A stretch of DNA of 64,000 bases from positions 3,891-67,890 of the forward strand of contig JAICQP010000001.1 of NCBI GenBank assembly GCA_025937815.1, in the 5' to 3' direction. Origin of the DNA: Gemmatimonadota bacterium. Its GTDB lineage: Bacteria > Gemmatimonadota > Gemmatimonadetes > JACCXV01 > JAHWKZ01. Position 1 is the first letter of the stretch. Each line of letters starts with the position of its first letter. Below the pieces are notes generated by a model. That model ran no database searches, was not told where the DNA came from, and saw only the letters and a program-made list of their open reading frames with translations. Of the stretch, positions 47,177 to 57,811 are shown one piece after another. The translations under genes were made by a program, and so were the position numbers.

Positions 47177-49057
47177 ATGACCGACGACAAGATTACCGCC
47201 CCGACCCCGGCGGAGACCGAGGCGGAGGCGACCCCCACGCTTCAGAAACGATCCCCGAACAACCAAGGCCGAAACAACCTCCGTCCCGACCTCTTCGACG
47301 AGGACGAGTATTCGATCGACGAATACGAGGAGCTCCTCGGCATGTACGAGGAGTCCATCCAGGACATCCAGGAAGGCCAGATCGTCACGGGGCACATCCT
47401 GCGCGTGGACGAGAACGTCGTCGTGCTCGACGTGGGCTTCAAGAGCGAGGGCGCCGTCCCGCTCGACGAATTCAAGCCCACGGATTCGCTGGAGGTCGGC
47501 GCCGAGGTCGACGTGTTCCTCGAGAACCTCGAGGACGCCGAGGGGCGGGTCGTCCTGTCCAAGAAGAAGGCCGACTTCTTCAAGGTCTGGGACAAGATCC
47601 GGATCGCTTACGACAACGGGACGATCGTCCAGGGGAGACTGGCGCGGAAGATCAAGGGCGGCGTGATCGTCGACCTGTTCGGCGTGGACGCCTTCCTGCC
47701 GGGCTCCCAGATCGCACTGCGGCGCGTACCCGACATCGACGCGTTGATCGGCCAGACGATGGAGTTCAAGATCATCAAGCTCAACAAGCGCCGGCGGAAC
47801 ATCGTGGTCAGCCGCCGGATGATCCTCGAGCAGATCCGCGAGCAGAAGCGGGGCAAGCTCCTCGAGGAGATCGCCGTGGGACAGGTCCGCAAGGGAGTCG
47901 TCAAGAACATCACCGACTTCGGCGCGTTCATCGATCTGGGCGGCGCCGACGGGCTCTTGCACATCACCGACATGTCGTGGGGCCGGGTCGGCCATCCCTC
48001 CGAGCTCGTGACGATCGGCGACGAGCTGGAGATCAAGATCCTCGACCTCGACCTGCAGAACAACCGCATATCGCTCGGCCTGAAGCAGCTCCAGCCCTAC
48101 CCGTGGGAAGACGTATCCCAGAAGTTCCCGGTGGGGTCCCGGATCCAGGGGAAGGTCGTCTCGATCACCAACTACGGCGCGTTCGTCGAGCTGGAGAAGG
48201 GCGTCGAGGGGCTGGTCCACATCTCCGAGATGTCGTGGACGCGGCACATCAAGCACCCCTCCAAGGTCGTCTCCATCGGCGACATCATCGAAGCGGTCGT
48301 CCTCAACGTGAACGAAGAGGAGGAGAAGATCTCCCTCGGCATGAAGCAGATCGAGGAAGATCCCTGGGACGGCCTGGCCGAGAAGTATCCGCCGGGCACC
48401 GTCATCGCCGGGAAGGTGAGGAACCTGACGTCGTTCGGCGCCTTCGTGGAGATCGAAGAGGGGATCGACGGCCTCGTGCACATCAGCGACATGTCGTGGA
48501 CGCGCCGCATACACCACCCGTCGGAAGTAGTGCGCAAGGGCGAGACCGTTAAGGTCCAGGTCCTCAACATCGACACGGAGAACAAGCGGATCTCGCTATC
48601 GATCAAGGACCTCCAGGAGAACCCGTGGCAGGACCTGGGGCAGAAGTACTCGGTCGGCGTGGAGTCCGAAGGCAAAGTCGTGCGGCTCCTGGACAAGGGC
48701 GTGGTCGTAGATCTGGGCGGCGACGTCGAAGGGTTCGTGCCGATCTCGCAGCTCGGGTACCGCAACCTCGAGAATCCCGCCGACAAGTTCCGCGAAGGAG
48801 ACCTGCTGGTCCTCAAGGTCATCGAGTCGGACCCCGACAGCCGGCGAATCGTGCTCTCCGTGATCGACATTCCGAGCCACCGCGAGCGCGGAGAGGAAGA
48901 GCCGATCGAGCCCGCGGAGTCCATGGATGGCGACGTTGCGCGGGAAGAGCAGCCGACCCAGATGGCCGACGCGATGGCGGAGGCGCAGGTCGAAGTCGGC
49001 GCCGGCAAGTCCAGCGAGGCCGCGGAGGAAGCGGCAGACCGCGAATCCGCAGAGTAG
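47177..49057 (+). CDS. rpsA: 30S ribosomal protein S1
   Basis: Six tandem S1 domains, acidic termini; cmk-rpsA synteny. Confidence 0.9.
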   Translation: MTDDKITAPTPAETEAEATPTLQKRSPNNQGRNNLRPDLFDEDEYSIDEYEELLGMYEESIQDIQEGQIVTGHILRVDENVVVLDVGFKSEGAVPLDEFKPTDSLEVGAEVDVFLENLEDAEGRVVLSKKKADFFKVWDKIRIAYDNGTIVQGRLARKIKGGVIVDLFGVDAFLPGSQIALRRVPDIDALIGQTMEFKIIKLNKRRRNIVVSRRMILEQIREQKRGKLLEEIAVGQVRKGVVKNITDFGAFIDLGGADGLLHITDMSWGRVGHPSELVTIGDELEIKILDLDLQNNRISLGLKQLQPYPWEDVSQKFPVGSRIQGKVVSITNYGAFVELEKGVEGLVHISEMSWTRHIKHPSKVVSIGDIIEAVVLNVNEEEEKISLGMKQIEEDPWDGLAEKYPPGTVIAGKVRNLTSFGAFVEIEEGIDGLVHISDMSWTRRIHHPSEVVRKGETVKVQVLNIDTENKRISLSIKDLQENPWQDLGQKYSVGVESEGKVVRLLDKGVVVDLGGDVEGFVPISQLGYRNLENPADKFREGDLLVLKVIESDPDSRRIVLSVIDIPSHRERGEEEPIEPAESMDGDVAREEQPTQMADAMAEAQVEVGAGKSSEAAEEAADRESAE

Positions 49058-49111
49058 GGCGGCGCCGCGATCCGGCCGGCGCGTGATGCTTCTCCCACCT
49101 GTACCACCCCG

Positions 49112-50824
49112 GTGCGAAGTCTCCTAACCGCTATCCTGTGCGCGGCGCTGTCGCTGGCGGCGTGCGCAACCGCCGAGAGGCTTCCGCCCCCGCTCGGCCG
49201 CGAGTCCATCAGCCGCGCCGATCAGGCGACCGCCCTGGCGGCCTACGAGCGCGGGCTCGCGCTCTTCCAGCAAGGGACCTACGAAGGGGCGCTCTCCGAG
49301 TTCACGGTCGTCGTCGAGCGCTACCCGTCGAGCCGCTACGCCGGCCTCGCCCTGTACTGGCGGGGGCGTGCCGCCTATCAGCTGGGGCGGGACGAGGAGG
49401 CGGCGGCCGCGCTCGATCGCTACCTGCGGCTGGCGTCCGACGTCCCGCATGCCGAGCACGCGACCCTGCTTTTGGCGAACTCCCTCTACAACCAGACACG
49501 CTACGAGGCCGCGCTCCAGGCGGCGCTCGAGAGGCGGAGCGTCTCCGGCGAGCTCCTGGACGATTATCTGGCGCTCTTCCGGGACCTGCTGAACCGGCTG
49601 CCGCGGGCGGAGATCGAGGCCGCGGCGGGCCGTACTCCTACGCGCAACTTCGTGGCCCCGTTCTACCTGCAGTCCGCGCGCTGGGCGCACGCGGCCGGAG
49701 ACGCGGCGCGGGCCAGCGACATCGCCTCGCGCGTCACCGAGTTTCCCGAGCTTCCGCCGTCCATCATCGCCGAGGCGCGTGTGCTCATCGGCCCCGGCGG
49801 CCAGGCGGCGGCGATCGCCCCGAGCCTGGGCCTCATCGCGCCCACCGAGGGGCGCTTCGCGGAAGTCGCCGAGCAGATCCGGCGTGGAGTCGAACTGGCG
49901 CTCGAGGACGTGAACCGGACGGGGCAGACGCCGGTCGCGCTCGTGACGCGCTCGGCCGAGAACGATCCCGACTCGACGGCCGCGGTGATCCGCACGCTGG
50001 CTCGGAACGAGCACGTGGCTGCGATCCTGGGTCCGCTTACCAGCGAGTACGCGCTGCCGGCCGCCCGGCTCGCGGTGGAGGAGGGGGTGCCGCTCGTCAG
50101 CCCGACCGCCACCGACGCGCGCCTCCTGGAAATCGATCCGCGCGTGTACACCGTCAACGCGCTGGACGGCGCGATCGGCCACACGATCGGGACATACGCG
50201 GCAACCAACCTGGAACGGCGCCGCTTCGCGATCCTGGCCGTGGACGACGCCTACGGACGGATCCAGGCGGACGCGTTCGCCGCCGCAGTCCAATCCTCCG
50301 GCGCGCGCGTGGTCTACCGCTTCCAGTACGAGCGCGGCTCGACCCAGTATACCGACCAGCTGGGGGCGATCGTCCGCTCCGGAGCCGACGCGCTCTTCAT
50401 CGCCACCAAGAGCCCGAGCGAGGCCCTCAGGATCCTGAATCAGATGGCGTTCTACGAGCTCGGCGGCATCCTGCCGCTGGGAACGGACGCGTGGAACGAC
50501 GCCGAGTTCTACCGGCAGGGCCGGCGCTTCGTGCGCGGCTACTTCGCCGACACCTACAGCCGCGACCCACGGATCACCGAATGGGACTCCTTCGCCGAGC
50601 GCTACCAGGCGCGCTTCGGCGAGGCGCCGGCCAGCCTGATCCCCGGCTGGGGCTATGACGCGGCGCGCATCGCGCTCGAGCGCCTGCGGCCGTCGAGCGC
50701 GCCTCAGGAGAGCGGCGAGTACCACGGAGTGACCGGGCTGTTCCGCTTCGGCCCGCAGGGCATCCGGCGCGCGGTCATCGTGCACCGGGTCGAGCGCGGC
50801 GAGCCGGTAGCGGTGGACTGGTAG
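49112..50824 (+). CDS. lipoprotein with N-terminal TPR-like region and type-I periplasmic binding-protein fold (LpoA-like)
   Basis: Lipobox LAAC; TPR-like helices; C-terminal LivK/PBP1-like pattern. Confidence 0.5.
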   Translation: MRSLLTAILCAALSLAACATAERLPPPLGRESISRADQATALAAYERGLALFQQGTYEGALSEFTVVVERYPSSRYAGLALYWRGRAAYQLGRDEEAAAALDRYLRLASDVPHAEHATLLLANSLYNQTRYEAALQAALERRSVSGELLDDYLALFRDLLNRLPRAEIEAAAGRTPTRNFVAPFYLQSARWAHAAGDAARASDIASRVTEFPELPPSIIAEARVLIGPGGQAAAIAPSLGLIAPTEGRFAEVAEQIRRGVELALEDVNRTGQTPVALVTRSAENDPDSTAAVIRTLARNEHVAAILGPLTSEYALPAARLAVEEGVPLVSPTATDARLLEIDPRVYTVNALDGAIGHTIGTYAATNLERRRFAILAVDDAYGRIQADAFAAAVQSSGARVVYRFQYERGSTQYTDQLGAIVRSGADALFIATKSPSEALRILNQMAFYELGGILPLGTDAWNDAEFYRQGRRFVRGYFADTYSRDPRITEWDSFAERYQARFGEAPASLIPGWGYDAARIALERLRPSSAPQESGEYHGVTGLFRFGPQGIRRAVIVHRVERGEPVAVDW

Positions 50825-50829
50825 GGCCC

Positions 50830-52371
50830 GTGGACAGGCTCGAGGAGCTGCGCGCGCGCGAAGCGAAAGCGCGCGAGGGCGGCGGAGCCGCCCGGCTCGC
50901 CGCCCAGCACGCCAAGGGAAAGCTCGGCGCGCGCGAACGACTCGAGCTCCTGCTCGACCCGGGCTCGTTCTTCGAGCTCGACATGTTCGTCACCCACCGC
51001 ACCGAAGAATTCGGGCTGTCCTCGCAGAGAATCCCCGGCGACGGGGTCGTCACCGGCCACGGCACCATCGACGGCCGGCGGGTGTGGGTCTTCAGCCAGG
51101 ACTTCACCGTGTTCGGCGGATCGCTCTCGGAGGCGCATGCCGAGAAGATCTGCAAGGTCCTCGATCTGGCGCTGAAGACGGGGCACCCGGTGATCGGCCT
51201 GAACGACTCCGGGGGCGCGCGCATCCAGGAGGGAGTCGCCTCACTGGGTGGATACGCGGAGATCTTCCTGAGGAACACGCTCGCCAGCGGAGTCGTGCCG
51301 CAGATAAGCGCCGTCCTGGGACCGTGCGCGGGCGGGGCCGTGTACTCGCCCGCCATCACCGATTTCGTCTGCATGGTCGAGGGGGTCTCGTACATGTTCG
51401 TGACCGGGCCGAACGTGGTGAAGACGGTCACGCACGAGGAGGTGTCGTTCGAGGAGCTGGGCGGCGCGGCGGTGCACGGCGGCAAGAGCGGCGTGAGCCA
51501 TCTCACGTTCCCCGACGAGCCCGCCTGCTTCGCCGGCATCCGCACGCTGATCGGCTACCTGCCGGCGAACAATCAGGAGGACCCCCCGCTCGTCGAATCC
51601 ACCGACGACCCGCAGCGCCGGTCGCCGGGCCTCCGTGACGTCGTCCCCGAGAACCCGAACAAGCCGTACGACGTCCACGAGATCGTCGCCGAGGTGGTTG
51701 ACCGCGGATCGTTCTTCGAGGTCCAACCCGATTACGCGGCGAATATCGTGGTCGGGTTCGCGCGTCTCGACGGCCGCACCGCGGGGATTCTCGCCAACCA
51801 GCCCGCCGTCCTCGCGGGGGTCCTGGACATCGACGCCAGCTTGAAGGCGGCCCGGTTCGTCCGCTTCTGCGACGCGTTCAACATCCCGCTGGTCACGTTC
51901 GTGGACGTGCCGGGCTTCATGCCCGGGACGGAGCAGGAGTGGGGAGGGATCATCAAGCACGGCGCCAAGCTCCTGTACGCGTACTGCGAGGCGACCGTCC
52001 CCAAGCTGACCGTGATCCTGCGAAAGGCGTACGGCGGCGCATACGACGTGATGTCGTCGAAGCACATCCGGGGGGATCTGAACCTCGCGTGGCCCTCGGC
52101 CGAGATCGCCGTCATGGGGCCGAAGGGCGCCGTCGAGATCCTGTGGAAGCGCGAGATCGAGACCGCCCAGGATCCCGTCACTCTCCTCGAGCAGCGGACC
52201 GAGGAGTTCCGCGAGCGGTTCGCCAACCCGTACGTCGCGGCGGAGCGCGGCTACGTCGACGCCGTCGTCGATCCCGCGGACACGCGCGCGCTGCTGATCG
52301 CGGGGCTGTCCGCGCTGGCGTCCAAGCGGGACGCGAACCCGCTGCGGAAGCACGGCAACATCCCCCTTTGA
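50830..52371 (+). CDS. pccB: acyl-CoA carboxylase carboxyltransferase subunit (propionyl-CoA carboxylase beta / methylmalonyl-CoA carboxyltransferase family)
   Basis: Carboxyltransferase pattern ([41 protein letters not shown]-like). Confidence 0.8.
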   Translation: MDRLEELRAREAKAREGGGAARLAAQHAKGKLGARERLELLLDPGSFFELDMFVTHRTEEFGLSSQRIPGDGVVTGHGTIDGRRVWVFSQDFTVFGGSLSEAHAEKICKVLDLALKTGHPVIGLNDSGGARIQEGVASLGGYAEIFLRNTLASGVVPQISAVLGPCAGGAVYSPAITDFVCMVEGVSYMFVTGPNVVKTVTHEEVSFEELGGAAVHGGKSGVSHLTFPDEPACFAGIRTLIGYLPANNQEDPPLVESTDDPQRRSPGLRDVVPENPNKPYDVHEIVAEVVDRGSFFEVQPDYAANIVVGFARLDGRTAGILANQPAVLAGVLDIDASLKAARFVRFCDAFNIPLVTFVDVPGFMPGTEQEWGGIIKHGAKLLYAYCEATVPKLTVILRKAYGGAYDVMSSKHIRGDLNLAWPSAEIAVMGPKGAVEILWKREIETAQDPVTLLEQRTEEFRERFANPYVAAERGYVDAVVDPADTRALLIAGLSALASKRDANPLRKHGNIPL

Positions 52372-52411
52372 TCCCTTTGCAGGGCAATAGGATAGTTCGA
52401 CTCGTATCAGG

Positions 52412-53935
52412 TTGCGTGTCAACGTGAGGTCGCTGGGCCGCGTCCTGGTCGCGAACCGGGGGGAGATCGCGGTCCGTGTCCTGCGGGCCTGTCGGGAGGC
52501 GGGATTGCCGACCGCGGCCGTCTACTCGACCGCCGATGCCGACGCGTGCCACGTGCGGGCGGCCGACCGCGCCCTGGAGATCGGTCCGGGACCGGCCCGC
52601 GAATCGTATCTGGCAGCCGATCGCATCCTGGACGCGGCACGCCGTCTGGACGCGGGCTCGGTGCATCCGGGGTACGGGTTCCTCGCCGAGAACGCGGGCT
52701 TCGCCGAGGCGGTCGAGCGCGCCGGGCTCGTCTGGATCGGGCCGCCGCCGGCGGCGATCCGCGCGATGGGCGAGAAGACCGCGGCCCGGCGGACCATGCA
52801 GGCCGCCGGTGTGCCCGTCGTGCCGGGTACCGTGGAGCCGGTGAGCGAGCCGGCGGCCGCCCTCGAGGCGGCCGCGGAGACCGGCTTCCCCGTCCTTCTC
52901 AAGGCGGCCGCGGGCGGCGGGGGAAAGGGTATGCGCGTGGTGCGCGAGCCCGCGGAGTTCGAGGGGGCCTTCGCCGCAGCGACGCGGGAGGCGCAGGGCG
53001 CGTTCGGCGATCCGTCGCTCTACCTCGAGCGGTACATCCTCGAGGCGCGGCACGTCGAGATCCAGATTCTCGCCGACGAGTCCGGCCGCGCGATCCACCT
53101 CGGCGAGCGGGAGTGCTCGCTCCAGCGCAGGCACCAGAAGGTGCTCGAGGAGTGTCCCGCGCCCGGCCTCGTTGCCGAGACACGGGAGCGGATGGGGGCG
53201 GTCGCCGTCCGCGCCGCGGAGGCCGTCGGGTACGTCGGCGCGGGCACGGTCGAGTTTCTGCTGGCGCCCGACGATTCCTTCTGGTTCCTGGAGATGAACA
53301 CCCGGCTCCAGGTGGAGCATCCCGTCACCGAGATGGTGACGGGTCTCGACCTCGTGCGGGCCCAGCTCGCCATCGCGGCCGGGGGCGGCCTGCCGGTCGA
53401 GCAGGACGAAGTTCGGCTCTCCGGCCACGCGATCGAATGCCGGATCGCGGCCGAGGATCCCGCGCGGGGGTTCGTTCCGTCGACGGGCAGGATCCGCGCG
53501 TGCGCCGAGCCGGCGGGACCGGGAATCCGGGTCGACAGCGGGGTCGCGGCCGGCAGCGAGGTGACGCAGCACTACGACCCCCTCCTGCTCAAGGTCGTCG
53601 CCCACGGCCGCGACCGCGCGGAGGCGCTGGCGAGGATGGCGCGCGCTCTGGCCGAGCTGGACATCGGAGGGATCCGGACGAACGTCGGCTTCCAGCGCGC
53701 GCTCGTCGCGAATCCGGCCGTGCGCGATGGCCGGGTCCACACGCGCTGGCTCGAGGAGCACGCGAGCGAGGTGCTCGAGGCCGAGAGCGCCATGCGCCGG
53801 GAGTCGGAGCCGCTGGCCGCCGCGCTGGCCGCCTGGCTCGAGGCGGAGCGCCCGCCGGGGGTCGCGCTACAGGCTCGGGAGGGGGACGGCGGCGTGGCGC
53901 GCTGGCGCGCGGCGGCCCGCTGGATCGGGCTATAG
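52412..53935 (+). CDS. accC: biotin carboxylase (acetyl/propionyl-CoA carboxylase alpha-subunit BC domain; no fused BCCP)
   Basis: ILVANRGEIA, ATP-grasp GGGGKGMRVV, ELNTRLQVEHPVTE; ends before any biotinyl domain. Confidence 0.85.
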   Translation: MRVNVRSLGRVLVANRGEIAVRVLRACREAGLPTAAVYSTADADACHVRAADRALEIGPGPARESYLAADRILDAARRLDAGSVHPGYGFLAENAGFAEAVERAGLVWIGPPPAAIRAMGEKTAARRTMQAAGVPVVPGTVEPVSEPAAALEAAAETGFPVLLKAAAGGGGKGMRVVREPAEFEGAFAAATREAQGAFGDPSLYLERYILEARHVEIQILADESGRAIHLGERECSLQRRHQKVLEECPAPGLVAETRERMGAVAVRAAEAVGYVGAGTVEFLLAPDDSFWFLEMNTRLQVEHPVTEMVTGLDLVRAQLAIAAGGGLPVEQDEVRLSGHAIECRIAAEDPARGFVPSTGRIRACAEPAGPGIRVDSGVAAGSEVTQHYDPLLLKVVAHGRDRAEALARMARALAELDIGGIRTNVGFQRALVANPAVRDGRVHTRWLEEHASEVLEAESAMRRESEPLAAALAAWLEAERPPGVALQAREGDGGVARWRAAARWIGL

Positions 53936-55269
53936 TGAGCGAACAGTTGGCTGGTCCCGTAGCGGGCGACGCGGTCGAGCTCGAGGTCGAGCGGATCGCT
54001 TACGGTGGCGACGGCGTGGGCCGGGCGGACGGCCTGGTCGGGTGCGTTCCGTGGACCGCGCCCGGCGAGCGGGTCCGCGCGCGGATCGTCGAGCGGCATC
54101 CCCGGTACGCCCGCGCTCGTCTCGAGGGAGTCCTGGCCGCCGGCGACGCCAGGGTCGAGCCGGGCTGCCCGGTGTTCGGGATCTGCGGTGGCTGCCAGCT
54201 GCAGCATCTCGATCGCGACGCACAGCTCGCGTCCAAGGCCCGGGCGGTCGCCGATGCCTTCGAGAGGATCGCGGGGAAGCCGCTCGCGGAGCCGCTGGCC
54301 TGCGAGCCGGCGGCCGAACCGTGGCACTACCGGCGCCGGGCGACGTTCACGTGGCGGCGATCGGAAGGCACGACCGTGCTCGGATTCCATGCCGCCGACG
54401 ACCCGGGCGGGATCGTCGACGTAGAGGCGTGTCCGATCTTCGCGGAGCGCGGGAACGCGGCCCTCGCCGGCCTGAGAGAGGCGCTCGCGAATGCACCCCC
54501 GGCAGACGGGGACGCGCCGGAGGAGGCGCGCATCGCCGTGCGCGCGCTCCCTGGCCAGGACGCCCAGGCGGGAGTCTTCTGCGATTCCGCGGAGCGCGCG
54601 CGTGAGCTCGCCGCTCACTGCGCGGAGCGCGCGGGGATCGCGACGACCTGGGGGGCCCGGGCAGGTACGGCGGCGCCGTTCGCGCTTGCAGCCGGTGCGC
54701 CGCGGCTCGTATCGCGGATGGAGTTCGGCGGGTTGAGGCTCCGGGTGGGCTTCGATAGCTTCCTGCAGGCCGATCCGGTGGCCGCCGCGCAGCTCTACGA
54801 CGGCGTCGAGAACGCGCTGGCCGCACGTCCGGGGGATCGAGTGATCGACGGGTATGCGGGGATCGGCGTGCTGACGTGCCGTCTCGCGCGGGCCGGCGTG
54901 CGGGTCACCGCGGTCGAAGCCCATGGCGGCGCCGCCTCCGATCTGCGCGCGAACGCGGCTGCGGCGAGTGGCGAGCCCGTGCACGTGCTCGAGCTGCCGG
55001 CCGAGCGCGTGGACTGGCGCCGGCCGCGGCCGGACCGCGTCGTGCTCAACCCGCCGCGATCGGGATGCGCGCCAGCGGTGCTCGACTCGATCTCCCGCTC
55101 CAGCGCGCGGCGCCTGGTGTACGTGTCGTGCGACCCGACCACCCTGGCGCGGGACGTCCGCCGGCTGGGAAGCGCGTGGCGGCTGGAGTCGATCCGCGCC
55201 TTCGACCTCTTCCCGCAAACCGCGCACGTAGAGACGCTGGCCTCGCTCTCCCGGGAGAACAGCCCGTGA
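53935..55269 (+). CDS. rlmD: 23S rRNA (uracil-C5)-methyltransferase RlmD/RumA family
   Basis: TRAM-like N-terminus, Fe-S motif [14 protein letters not shown], class I SAM MTase C-terminus; GTG start 1-nt overlap with accC stop. Confidence 0.7.
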   Translation: MSEQLAGPVAGDAVELEVERIAYGGDGVGRADGLVGCVPWTAPGERVRARIVERHPRYARARLEGVLAAGDARVEPGCPVFGICGGCQLQHLDRDAQLASKARAVADAFERIAGKPLAEPLACEPAAEPWHYRRRATFTWRRSEGTTVLGFHAADDPGGIVDVEACPIFAERGNAALAGLREALANAPPADGDAPEEARIAVRALPGQDAQAGVFCDSAERARELAAHCAERAGIATTWGARAGTAAPFALAAGAPRLVSRMEFGGLRLRVGFDSFLQADPVAAAQLYDGVENALAARPGDRVIDGYAGIGVLTCRLARAGVRVTAVEAHGGAASDLRANAAAASGEPVHVLELPAERVDWRRPRPDRVVLNPPRSGCAPAVLDSISRSSARRLVYVSCDPTTLARDVRRLGSAWRLESIRAFDLFPQTAHVETLASLSRENSP

Positions 55270-55793
55270 CCGGCGGGCGCCTGTTCTGGGTGACACCCGG
55301 CGACGGCGGTCCCTACCGTGTGGTCCTGCGCTCGGTTCGCGGCGGTTGGGAGGCCGCGGTCGAGCGCGGCGGGGAGCGATGGACGTTCCCGATCGTGGCC
55401 GGCGCGGATCCGGGGCTCGCGTGGTCGGGTGCGCGGCCGGTCCGCTACCGGTGGGAGCCGGATCTGGGGGGGCTCTCGGTGGACGGCTGGACGCACGAGC
55501 TGCGCATCGAGAGCGATGCGGCCCATCGGGCCTCCGAGCTCGTACTCGCGTCCGCGGGTGCCGAGACGGCGGCCAGCGTGCGCGCTCCGATGCCGGGGCT
55601 CGTGCTGGTGCTCGAAGTGGCGGAGGGCGATCCGGTCGAGAAGGGTCAGGGGATCCTGATCATCGAGGCGATGAAGATGGAAAACGAGATACGCGCGCCG
55701 ATCGCCGGCGTCGTCCGGCGCCTGGCGGTCTCGGCGGGAGACGCGGTGGAGCGGGATGCCCTGCTGTGCGTGGTGGATCCGGAGGGCTCGTGA
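55266..55793 (+). CDS. biotin carboxyl carrier protein with atypical N-terminal extension
   Basis: C-terminal biotinyl domain [36 protein letters not shown]; GTGA overlap on both sides; shorter internal starts possible. Confidence 0.65.
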   Translation: MTGGRLFWVTPGDGGPYRVVLRSVRGGWEAAVERGGERWTFPIVAGADPGLAWSGARPVRYRWEPDLGGLSVDGWTHELRIESDAAHRASELVLASAGAETAASVRAPMPGLVLVLEVAEGDPVEKGQGILIIEAMKMENEIRAPIAGVVRRLAVSAGDAVERDALLCVVDPEGS

Positions 55794-57445
55794 CCGAGTC
55801 GCCCGACAAAGCCGCCTGGAAGCGTCGCACGCTGGAGCCCCATCTCGCGCGAAACCCCGAGCGCGACACGAGGTTCGAGACCTCGAGCGGTCTCGGGATC
55901 GAGCCGGCGTACGGCTCCGGCGACGCGGATCCCGATGCCGCCGGTTGGCCGGGCGAGTTCCCGTACACTCGCGGCATCTATCCCAACATGTACCGCGGCC
56001 GCCTGTGGACTATGCGCCAGTACGCGGGGTTCGGCACCGCGGAGCAGACGAACGCACGCTTCCGGTTCCTCCTCGACCACGGCCAGACCGGCCTGTCGAC
56101 CGCGTTCGACCTGCCCACCCAGATGGGATACGACTCCGACAGCGAGCGTGCCGAGGGAGAGGTCGGGAGGACCGGCGTGGCGATCGACACGCTGGACGAC
56201 ATGCGCCGGCTGTTCGCCGGGATTCCGCTGGCCGACGTGTCGACGTCCATGACCATCAATGCCACGGCCACGACGCTCCTCTCGCTCTACACGCTGGTCG
56301 CGGAGGAGCAGGGGACGCCGCATCGCGCGCTCAGGGGGACGACTCAGAACGACATCCTCAAGGAATACGTCGCCCGCGGGACGTACATCTATCCGCCGGC
56401 GGGTAGCCTGCGGCTGGTCGTGGACTCGTTCGCGTGGTGCGCGCGCGAGATGCCGCGCTGGAACCCGATCTCGATCTCCGGCTACCACATCCGCGAGGCG
56501 GGCGCCACCGCCGCGCAGGAGGTCGCGTTCACGTTCGCGAATGCGATCTGCTACGTGGAGGCGGCGCTGTCGGCGGGTCTGGAGGCGAGCGAGTTCGTCG
56601 GTCGGCTGTCGTTCTTCTTCGGCGTCCACAACGATCTCTTCGAGGAGGTAGCGAAGTTCCGCGCCGCGCGGCGCATCTGGGCCGGCCTCGTGCGCGACCG
56701 GTTCGGCGTCGCCGATCCGGAAGCGGCGCGGCTGAGGTTCCACACCCAGACCGACGGCGCGACCCTCACGGCGCAGCAGCCCCTCAACAACGTCGTGCGG
56801 GTAACGCTACAGGCGCTGGCGGCGGTGCTCGGCGGGACCCAGAGCCTCCACACCAACGGGTACGACGAGGCGCTGGCGCTGCCGAGCGAGGAGTCGGCCG
56901 AGCTCGCCCTGAGGACGCAGCAGATCGTCGCCCACGAGAGCGGCGTGGCGGATACTGCCGACCCCCTCGGGGGCTCGTACTTTGTCGAGCGCCTTACGGA
57001 TGACCTCGAGGGACGCGTCCGCGACTACCTCGACCGTATCGCCGACATGGGCGGCGCGATCGCCGCCATCGAGCAGGGGTTCTTCCGCGCCGAGATCGAG
57101 CGCGAGGCCTACGCCCACCAGCGCCAGGTGGAGAGCGGCGAGGAGATCGTGGTTGGCGTGAACAGGTGGCAGAAGGCGGAGGACCTCGAGCCGCGGATCC
57201 CCCGCGTCGACACCGAGTCGCTCGCCGAGAGGCAGAAGGAGCGCCTCGCCGATTGGCGCGCGCGGCGCGATGCGGACCGGACCGACGCGTCGCTCGAGAG
57301 TCTGGCGGAGGCCGCCCGCGGCAGCGAGAACCTGCTCCCGCTCATTCGCGGCGCCTGTGCCGCCGGCGCCACCGTGGGCGAGATCGCCGACGTCCTGCGG
57401 GCGGAGTTCGGAACCTACAGCGATCCCGCCGGCATCGGCGGGTAG
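55790..57445 (+). CDS. methylmalonyl-CoA mutase family large (catalytic) subunit without B12-binding domain
   Basis: MCM catalytic-barrel pattern ([12 protein letters not shown]..., [43 protein letters not shown]); 551 aa. Confidence 0.8.
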   Translation: MTESPDKAAWKRRTLEPHLARNPERDTRFETSSGLGIEPAYGSGDADPDAAGWPGEFPYTRGIYPNMYRGRLWTMRQYAGFGTAEQTNARFRFLLDHGQTGLSTAFDLPTQMGYDSDSERAEGEVGRTGVAIDTLDDMRRLFAGIPLADVSTSMTINATATTLLSLYTLVAEEQGTPHRALRGTTQNDILKEYVARGTYIYPPAGSLRLVVDSFAWCAREMPRWNPISISGYHIREAGATAAQEVAFTFANAICYVEAALSAGLEASEFVGRLSFFFGVHNDLFEEVAKFRAARRIWAGLVRDRFGVADPEAARLRFHTQTDGATLTAQQPLNNVVRVTLQALAAVLGGTQSLHTNGYDEALALPSEESAELALRTQQIVAHESGVADTADPLGGSYFVERLTDDLEGRVRDYLDRIADMGGAIAAIEQGFFRAEIEREAYAHQRQVESGEEIVVGVNRWQKAEDLEPRIPRVDTESLAERQKERLADWRARRDADRTDASLESLAEAARGSENLLPLIRGACAAGATVGEIADVLRAEFGTYSDPAGIGG

Positions 57446-57463
57446 CGCCGGAGGAATCGGCAG

Positions 57464-57811
57464 ATGCCGACGTACGTTTACCGCTGTCGCGATTGCGACC
57501 GGCAGTTCGAGCACTTCGAGAAGATGACGAGCCGCGTGAAGATGCGGAAATGCCCGACCTGCGGCGGCCGTGGCGAGCGCCAGATCTCGGGCGGGGCGGG
57601 GTTCCTGTTCAAGGGCGAGGGCTTCTACATCACCGACTACCGCAGCGAAGAGTACCGCTCGAAGCACAAGGCCGAGACAGAAAAGGCCGCTCCGCCGGGC
57701 GACGCCGCGGATGCCAAGCCGGCCGGTCCTGAGTCGGCGGCCGACAAGACGGCGGCCAAGCCGGTGGCGACGAAGAAGTCCCGCGGGGGATCGAAGAAGA
57801 AGAAGCGATGA
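57464..57811 (+). CDS. FmdB-family zinc-ribbon protein with Lys-rich tail
   Basis: MPTYVYRCRDCDRQFE...CPTCGG (CxxC...CxxC) pattern; basic C-terminus. Confidence 0.65.
   Translation: MPTYVYRCRDCDRQFEHFEKMTSRVKMRKCPTCGGRGERQISGGAGFLFKGEGFYITDYRSEEYRSKHKAETEKAAPPGDAADAKPAGPESAADKTAAKPVATKKSRGGSKKKKR

Noticed and set aside
47059-47177. Possible hairpin (AGGCC-TCCTTTT-GGCCT) between cmk and rpsA considered as a terminator/attenuator
   Set aside because: Stem is short and the context is the expected rpsA promoter/leader region; insufficient evidence.
47159-48517. 452-aa minus-strand ORF opposite rpsA
   Set aside because: Antisense to ribosomal protein S1, which is certain.
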